Shown here: positions 21,808 through 29,827 of the stretch, one piece after another
Layout: each line of letters begins with the position of its first letter
How positions within the stretch are numbered: position 1 is the first letter of the stretch
Origin: Octopus sinensis
Lineage: Eukaryota
Assembly: GCF_006345805.1 (NCBI RefSeq)
Contig: NW_021832700.1
Coordinates: 1 to 29,827, forward strand
Direction: 5' to 3'
Length of the DNA: 29,827 nucleotides
Translations under genes and position numbers: made by a program
Notes under the pieces: generated by a model
The model's input: the letters and a program-made list of their open reading frames with translations, nothing else
Databases searched by the model: none
What the model was told of the DNA's origin: nothing

Positions 21808-21879
21808 GCCTAGATGATAGAAAGACTTCCGAATATTCTGCCAATGTCTATTTCCCCGAGGCTCTTTGTTTCCTTTGTA

Positions 21880-22560
21880 CTTAGTGCAGCAGTCGAATAC
21901 GAAGTCCATCTTTTCTGTTGGCTTGCCTGTGATCCGACTACACCCCTGGCGCATACATAGTTTACATTATGTCTACTGTGTGGATTTTCTACCAATTCCT
22001 TTCAGCATATCGAGCATGGCCATTTTCTAGATGGTAATAGGCTTCTCCTGAGTTTTCCACTTACTTACTAACGCTAATACTCTGAGGTCACTCCGTTTTA
22101 TGTTTTGCTTCTTTGCCCGGAATATCTTTTCTAAATCTTCTGTAGATTTAGTTTAAGACCAAGATCAACATATAACAATTTATGCATTACAGCTGGTCTT
22201 AAAATCCTCTGCTATTTCTGAGAGGATTTTAACGAACAGAAGAGACACAGGCAGGAGCTATAACGGCAAATTCATCGCCATAAGCATTAGTAACCATAGG
22301 CTTGCTGATTGCAACTCTGTACATAGCTTGTATAGCTTTCACTAGCAATTCATCTAACATTGTCTTCTTCAACGACCACGCAATCCTAGAGTATGGAAGT
22401 ATGTAAAAAGATTTGTTTATATCGACGAAAGCCAAGTAAAGGGCTAACTCTTCACTAAGTACTTCTCATGTAGTTAGGATTAAGAAGATATCCTCAGACA
22501 CAGAGTGGTCTTAACTGCTTTGTAAACCCCCATCCTTTGCAGTCAGTAAATACTATAGGC
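21880..22560 (-). mobile_element. RTE-clade LINE RT fragment
   Basis: ORF 22229-22435 MAFVDINKSF...WSLKKTMLDELLVKAIQAMYRVAISK...YGDEFAV. Upstream LHEKYL.K..ALYL and downstream PSRKWPCSIC motifs. Confidence 0.75.
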
Positions 22561-23342
22561 CCGGCGATTTATAGTATTTATTTGAGTGTAGCACAGAACC
22601 CACCTAGTACAAAATCTCCTAGAAAAAAATTAATAAAAAGGAAAAAATCCGACGAGGAAAGAAATAAGCAATTTTAAAATCACAATTTTTATTCTTATTA
22701 TTTGTAGTTTATGAACACATCTCTAAGGTGTAAAATATAGCATTAATTATATAATAATCCCAATCACAAAAAGTGAATATATGAAAAAAAAGAGCATCAT
22801 GCCGTATCTTTGAAAAATTAAAACAAACACAATATTGAAAGCCTCATTAAGTGTTGAGGTTCATTTAAAGTTCATTTTACTACAGCCTGATGCTGTGCCC
22901 TATACCGTTCAGAAATTCTCCTATGATCTTCCTCTAATTGACATAGTCCAGAGGATGGGGTTTTGTCTGGACCCCTATTTATTTAGCATCGGCCCGTAGA
23001 TCTGTAAGACCTCCTTGGAACTGCCCACTATATCTGTGCCTTAAGATTGATCAGTAGTTTTTCTTCCGGCATCTCATCTACCTTATTTATTTCCCAAATC
23101 AATTGAGCTCTAATTCATCCCGTAATTTTCATAAAATTTTTGTTTTTATTTATTTATTTTATTTTGTCTTTGGTTAGTAAGCGTTATTTCTTATTTACTT
23201 CTATCTAGAAATCAAAGGAAATGACTGCTATTCCCTTCAAACTTTGCTTTTGTGACCTGGACATCACTATTTTGAAACTGACCTATTTTCCATTACGTTT
23301 AAGATAGATTCAGCACTTACTTGCTGAAGCAGAAATATCGTT

Positions 23343-23500
23343 ATAGCAAATATTCTGCTCAATAGCACAGATTTGCTTGACTTTAACCACTTGAGCACGT
23401 CCCTTTGTGGTTGACAATATGTGCATCTTTGATCAAGAGCAGAAGTAGTGGAGGAGCATCATAGCCGTATGTTGGGAGAGATTCTTTGGGGGTTGAATAA
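23343..23500 (+). mobile_element. Internal fragment of element X
   Basis: atagcaaatattctgctcaatagcacagatttgc...agcagaagtagtggaggagcatcatagcc...gattctttgggg matches ~11415-11590. Confidence 0.8.
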
Positions 23501-24367
23501 ATACCGAAACAAAAGTAAAGTTTGAAGAAGATATTGGCCATTTTTCATAATTTCTAAGAGTAAACAAATAGGAAATTACAGTTGCTACCCAAGGACAAAA
23601 GTCGCGTTACTCAATGTAATTTGATACCGACTCTGAACCAGTAATTAAATAGATGAGTATTTATTCACGCAAGTGGTCTTTCTTTGGGTGTGGTTTATTA
23701 TATCTACATGCCTGTATAGCTGCCACACTGTACTAGATATAAGACCTCAGTGTGGGATTCACTGAAGTTTTGTAGTGGTTCGACAATGGCTTCTGATGGC
23801 AAGTTAAGGACGCAAATTTACAAATGTTATGTTGATGATGTTGAAGTTATTTTGCTGTCATTAATGTTGTTGCTTAGCTCTTTATCATTCACGATTGATA
23901 TTTGTTCCAATCATAATCACCAAATCTTTTCGTTACAAATATATCAAACATGGGTACTGCCGCTTTTAAGATGACAGTGTTGATATAATGGAGATTTGAC
24001 ATCTATATCTAGCAGGCGCAGTTACCACGCAGAGGATCGCCTCATAGGTGGTCCTTGTTTTTAGAAGTGATTGTTGTTTGTTATTGTCAGTGGTAATGGT
24101 GATAGTGAAGGTAGTGGTGGTAGTGATGATGGTGGGGTTGTTGGTTGTTTTGCTAGTAATAAGTGAAGCGTGACTGTAACCTTTCACCTGAAAAGGACAT
24201 TGTTGAAATTTACAGCATTTCATATATTTTTTATTTCCCTTATTTGAATATCCGTACACTCTGAATACCACAACACCACACTCAGGAAAGACCACTTCAA
24301 CATTTATTGTTATTTTCTTCTGCATTTTTTTAAAGATTCCATTTCTATTTCACATTCCAAAGGTGAA

Positions 24368-24465
24368 GTATTATTATTATTATTACTACTATTATTATTA
24401 TTATTATTTTATTATATATTATTATTATTATTATATTATTATTATTATTAATTATTATTATTATT
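24368..24465. repeat. (TTA)n array
   Basis: Directly visible; tail side of element X copy 3. Confidence 0.95.
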
Positions 24466-24996
24466 GAGTGAGAGAGCAGTGCATGCCATCAAAGTGACAC
24501 TGGGGTAAAATATACGAAGCCCAGTATACCCATCATGACTACCTGTCTGATAAGGGTACACCAGGCACATGCATCACAACTATATGTGCGCGACATGGTG
24601 ATCTCATATCAAGATAAACAGCGCATGACCTTGCAGGTGGGGCCCAGTTAGAATTTTCTTCTGGTCGAGTAACCCATCCCGCTCAAAAGGTTCCTGAATA
24701 AGGGTTGTTTAAGGATGTTGAACGAAACACCCATGTTTCCAAAGGTGAATTATCCAAACCCCAAAGAATCCCTCTCAACACATGGCTATGATGCTCTCCC
24801 ACTACTTCTGCTCATGATCAGAGATGCACATATCATCAGCCACTAGTTCAACTGGTTATGGTCAAACAACTGACAAGCAAATCTGTGGTATTGAGCAGAT
24901 TATTTGCAGTAGCCCATCTTTTATACCAAGACAAAACAATGTACATGATAACACTTTCAATCAGTTAAGAAGCCACGAGAGCCACTCTCTGGCACT
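24466..24996 (-). mobile_element. Element X, copy 3
   Basis: Colinear with 8985-9530; bounded by (TTA)n on both sides. Confidence 0.9.
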
Positions 24997-25039
24997 ATTA
25001 TTATCATTATCATCATCATCATCATTATTATTATTATTA

Positions 25040-25071
<32 letters not shown>

Positions 25072-25110
25072 TATTATTATTATTATTATCATTATTATTA
25101 TTATTATTAC

Positions 25111-25146
<36 letters not shown>
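24997..25146. repeat. (TTA)n/(TCA)n array
   Basis: Directly visible; lies between element X and the LINE 3' end. Confidence 0.95.
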
Positions 25147-27261
25147 TTTTTTTTTCTTTTTTCAAATTTTCTTCCATTGCTTGCCGAGTGTCTTCCCGAC
25201 TCTAGGCGGCAAAGAAACTCATAGTGTATATTGGTAGGCCATTAAACCAAACTCAGTAGTTCGTTCATTTTTTTTTTTTTTTTTTAAAGTTAAATTAAAA
25301 TGCATGAGCAGCAACAGTTCTCACATCGACAATGCTCTTCTCAATACGTGTGATGTACCAGTTAAGACAATCTTTTGCACTTCTTGCAGGGATGGTAAGC
25401 CAGGGATCATTCTCATATAATTTTCGGTTCCCTTCTTGATCATTCCTAGTGCTCCTACGATCACTGGTATTGTAACCGCCTTGAGATGCCACATTTTCTC
25501 AATTTCAATGAGTAGGTCTTTTATATTTTCTGAGCTTGTCAAACTCTTTCGCTGAGATATTATGATCACGGGGATGCTCATGTCGATCAATAAGCAAACT
25601 TTATTGTTTTGGTCTTTCACAACAATATCTGGTTTATTGGCCTTGATGGTTCGGTCTGTATGTACTGGAAAGTCCCACAGAATGGTTACATTTTCTCCTT
25701 CAGTTACAGCCTCAGGGTGGTGATTAACCACTTGTCGGCAGTTTTGATATTGTAATGCCGACTTATTAGCCAGTGGAGATATTGGCCAACTCTGTCATGT
25801 CTTAATTTATACTCCACTGGTGCTAAGACTTTACATCCAGAGATTAGGTGGTCCACTGTTTCAATCATGTCGTTGCAGAATCGGCATTTTGGGTCTGCTC
25901 CATTTTCATCACATTGGCCTGGTAGTTCCGGGTTGATAGGCTTTGGTCTTGAGCAGCCAGGATGAAACCTTCGCTCTCTGCTTTTAACCCTGAGCTCCGC
26001 AGCCACTGATGGGTTTGCTTCTGGTCAACATCAGCTTGTTGCTGCGGGTCACATATTTGCCGTGCAGAGGTTTCTCCTCCCACCTATCAGCCAATTGCTC
26101 GTGCGCGCTTTTTTCATTGCCATCAGTTTCACCTTCTTTGCAACAATAGTTGCCGTACTTCCCTCGGGTTGTTCAGTTTGGGTATCCTGCACGAGATCAA
26201 TAGCAAATTTTTTGCTTTCCTTGATAATAGAATGAAGCTTCTTTCGTCTCTCGTGATTTTCCACGAGCTTTAGCATCCAGTCATTCGATATTTCGAGATA
26301 TTTGGCCAGTCCAATTGTGGTTGTTTTGTAAGCTAGTTCAAATTGGATCAGGCCTCGACCTCCTTGGGCTCTGGGAAGGTAAAGGCGATCTACGTCTGCC
26401 TTTGGGTGGTGCATCCTATTACAACTCAGCAGCTTGCGTATTTTTCTATCTATATTCTTTACTTCACTCATATTCCAGTTCAACACATTGTAGCTATAAG
26501 TAACAACTGGAACTGCTAGGGAATTTATAGCTAACACCTTGTTACGTGCATTAGTTCAGATTTCAGGACTGCACGAACTCTCCTATAACATTCCTTCCCG
26601 ATTTTCTCTTTCATGCTTGCATGCTGAATACCAGAGCCTTCATTTATCCCTAAATATTTGTATGTTTGTTCTTGCTCAAGCTCTCTTATGACTGTGTCAA
26701 CATCTAACACGACTGAATTTGTGGTCTTCACTTTCCCTTTCTGGAAAGTGGCCTTGGCACACTTCTCAAGTCCAAACTCCATCCCGATGTCATCGCTGAA
26801 TGATTTCACGGTGCGCAATAGGCCTTCAAGTTCATTATTGTCTTTACCATAAAGTTTTAAGTCATCCATATAAAATAGATGGCTTATTTTTTTATTGGCA
26901 ATTTTATACCCATACCCTGTTCTGTTTAATTCACTTGTAAGGGGTATTAGGGCTATGCAGAATATTAAAGGTGAAAGTGAGTCACCTTGAAAAATTCCAC
27001 AGTTGATGTTTATATTTTCTGAGGCAAGTACTCCATTAGAGTGGTATAATTGGAGATTCGTATTCCACAACGACATATTGTGCTTCAGAAGTTTGAAATC
27101 ACAGGGGAAATTTTGAAGATGTCCAGCGATCTCAAGATCCATGGATGCGGTATATTGTCGAAGGCCTTTTTATAGTCAATCCATGCGGTGCTGAGATTTT
27201 CTGCGCTTGTTGTGACAGTTCTCAAGGATCATACGATTGATTAGCAGTTGATCTTTGCATC
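25147..27261 (-). mobile_element. R4/Dong-type non-LTR retrotransposon 'A', 5'-truncated, intact 3' end
   Basis: RT motifs GIFQGDSLSP, LFYMDDLKLY, YKYLG; CCHC CRFC...ETVDHLISGC; RHD; RLE ILWDF...KPDIVV...LLIDMSIP; ~175-bp 3' UTR; (AAT)n on both sides. Confidence 0.93.
25321..27261 (-). pseudogene. RT + CCHC + restriction-like endonuclease ORF, broken by single-base indels
   Basis: ORF track pieces 26531-27142, 26049-26537, 25865-26083, 25704-26006 and 25321-25731 join into one protein ending LTGTSHVLRRALSM*. Confidence 0.9.
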
Positions 27262-27280
27262 ATTATTATTATTATTATTA

Positions 27281-27335
<55 letters not shown>

Positions 27336-27374
27336 TATTATTATTATTATTATTAATATTAATATTATTATTAT
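27262..27374. repeat. (TTA)n array
   Basis: Directly visible; separates the two LINEs. Confidence 0.95.
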
Positions 27375-28224
<850 letters not shown>

Positions 28225-28227
<3 letters not shown>

Positions 28228-28310
28228 CACTTGCCCAAGAGTCCACGCAGGACCATGTGGTTGGGAAGCAATCTTCTTATGAAACAGCTACACCTACGCC
28301 TATAGTATGT
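28225..28310 (-). mobile_element. SINE A head fragment with internal deletion
   Basis: gacacttgcccaagagtccacgcaggaccatgtggttgggaagcaa...acagctacacctacgcct. Confidence 0.65.
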
Positions 28311-28334
28311 AGTATGCACCTATGTATATGTTTA

Positions 28335-28672
<338 letters not shown>

Positions 28673-28949
28673 CGATTGAATTGCATTTTATTTCCTCTTC
28701 CAACCGGGTCTCGACCAGAGACCTAAGTCACGTATATATTAGACGGAAAGAAACTTCCTTAGAATGTAGGTGGGTTGATGTCAACACAATTTTTCGAGTT
28801 TCCATAGATTGTTGGTTTCCCAAGGATCTGGCCAAAAACTTTGTCAGTATCTTTCTTGGTCATTTCCAGGGGGTACCTACAACAGAAGCTCGCTTTCCAA
28901 CCACGTTGCATCTTGGGCTAGTCTTCTAGGTAGAATCTGTGTGGAAGCC

Positions 28950-28960
28950 AGTGTGTGTGT

Positions 28961-29007
<47 letters not shown>

Positions 29008-29065
29008 GTGTGTGTGTGTGTGTGTGAGAGAGTGTGTGTGTGTGTGCGTGTGTGTGTGTGTGTGT
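28950..29065. repeat. (GA)n/(GT)n microsatellite
   Basis: Directly visible. Confidence 0.95.
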
Positions 29066-29087
29066 GCCTGCTTGCTCGCATGCATGT

Positions 29088-29491
29088 ATACTCTTTTACT
29101 TGTTTCAGTCATTTGACTGCGGCCATGCTGGAGACCGCCTTTAGTCGAGCAAATCGACCCCGGGACTTTTTCTTTGTAAGCCCAGTATACTTATTCTATC
29201 GGTCTTTTTGCCGAACCGCTAAGTGACGGGGACGTAAAACACACAGCAATCGGTTGTCAAGCAATGCTAGGGGGACAAACACAGACACACAAAACACACA
29301 CACACCACATATATATATATAATATATCCGACAGGCTTCTTTCAGTTTCCGTCAACCAATCCACTCACAAGGCATTGTCGTCGCCCGGGGCTATAGGCAG
29401 AAGACACTTGCCCAAGATGCACACAGTGGGACTGAACCCGGAACCATGTGGTTGGTTAGCAAGCTACTTACCACACAGCCACTCCTGCGCC
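29088..29491 (-). mobile_element. SINE family A, full length
   Basis: Same organisation as 13465-13881. Confidence 0.9.
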
Positions 29492-29507
29492 TATGTATGT
29501 ATGTATC

Positions 29508-29827
29508 TTTTTATCTTTCTTTCAGTCATTAGACTTCGACCCAAGCTGGAGCATTGCCTTGAAGAATTATTAGTCGAATGAATCGACTGCGGTACTTTTT
29601 TTAGCCTGGCACTTGTTCTATAGGTTTCTTTTGCCGCCAAGTTACGGGAACGTAAACACACCAGCACCGGTTGTCAAGTGATAGTGGGGTAAAAACATAA
29701 AACATACACACACAATATATATGTATGTAAATACGACGGGCTTCCTTTAGTTTCCTTCTACCAAATCAACTCACAAGGCTGTAGTCGTCCCGAGGCTATA
29801 GTAGAAGACACTTGCCCAAGGCTCCAC
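29508..29827 (-). mobile_element. SINE family A variant, running off the window
   Basis: cagtcattagact...gctggagcattgcc...acgacgggcttcctttagtttccttctaccaaatcaactcacaagg...gacacttgcccaag. Confidence 0.8.

Noticed and set aside
22547-22578. Helitron 3' hairpin (aaatactata/tatagtattt)
   Set aside because: The stem is AT-rich and the nearest CTAG is too far downstream for the canonical arrangement.
23966-24325. 119-aa ORF as a gene
   Set aside because: Low-complexity Thr/Ile stretch from a degenerate trinucleotide tract; no domain recognised.

Overview
AT-rich eukaryotic DNA saturated with repeats. No host protein-coding gene, rRNA, true tRNA or CRISPR array can be supported. The SINE families and microsatellite spectrum resemble an octopus/coleoid cephalopod genome (recognition from memory, not a search). 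Contents: (i) at least four fragments of R4/Dong-type non-LTR retrotransposons, which carry RT, a CCHC zinc knuckle and a restriction-like endonuclease; (ii) a ~540-bp non-coding element in three near-full copies, each flanked on both sides by AAT-derived trinucleotide arrays; (iii) two tRNA-headed SINE families sharing a central module; (iv) decayed DNA transposons: two mariners, a Tc1-like fragment, a Chapaev3-like element with both ends, and a FLYWCH/MULE-like remnant; (v) MITEs and foldbacks: a GG-ended MITE with an 8-bp TSD, a hAT MITE, a 252-bp hairpin and a foldback around (TTAGGG)n; (vi) RTE-clade LINE fragments and a Penelope-type hammerhead-like motif. The most notable structure is a same-orientation stack at 24368-27374 and on to 28227: two different R4/Dong-type LINEs and the 540-bp element, separated by (AAT)n spacers. 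This suggests a microsatellite-targeted retroelement system with a non-autonomous partner. All translations and alignments were done by eye, so boundaries are approximate unless a TSD or TIR is given.
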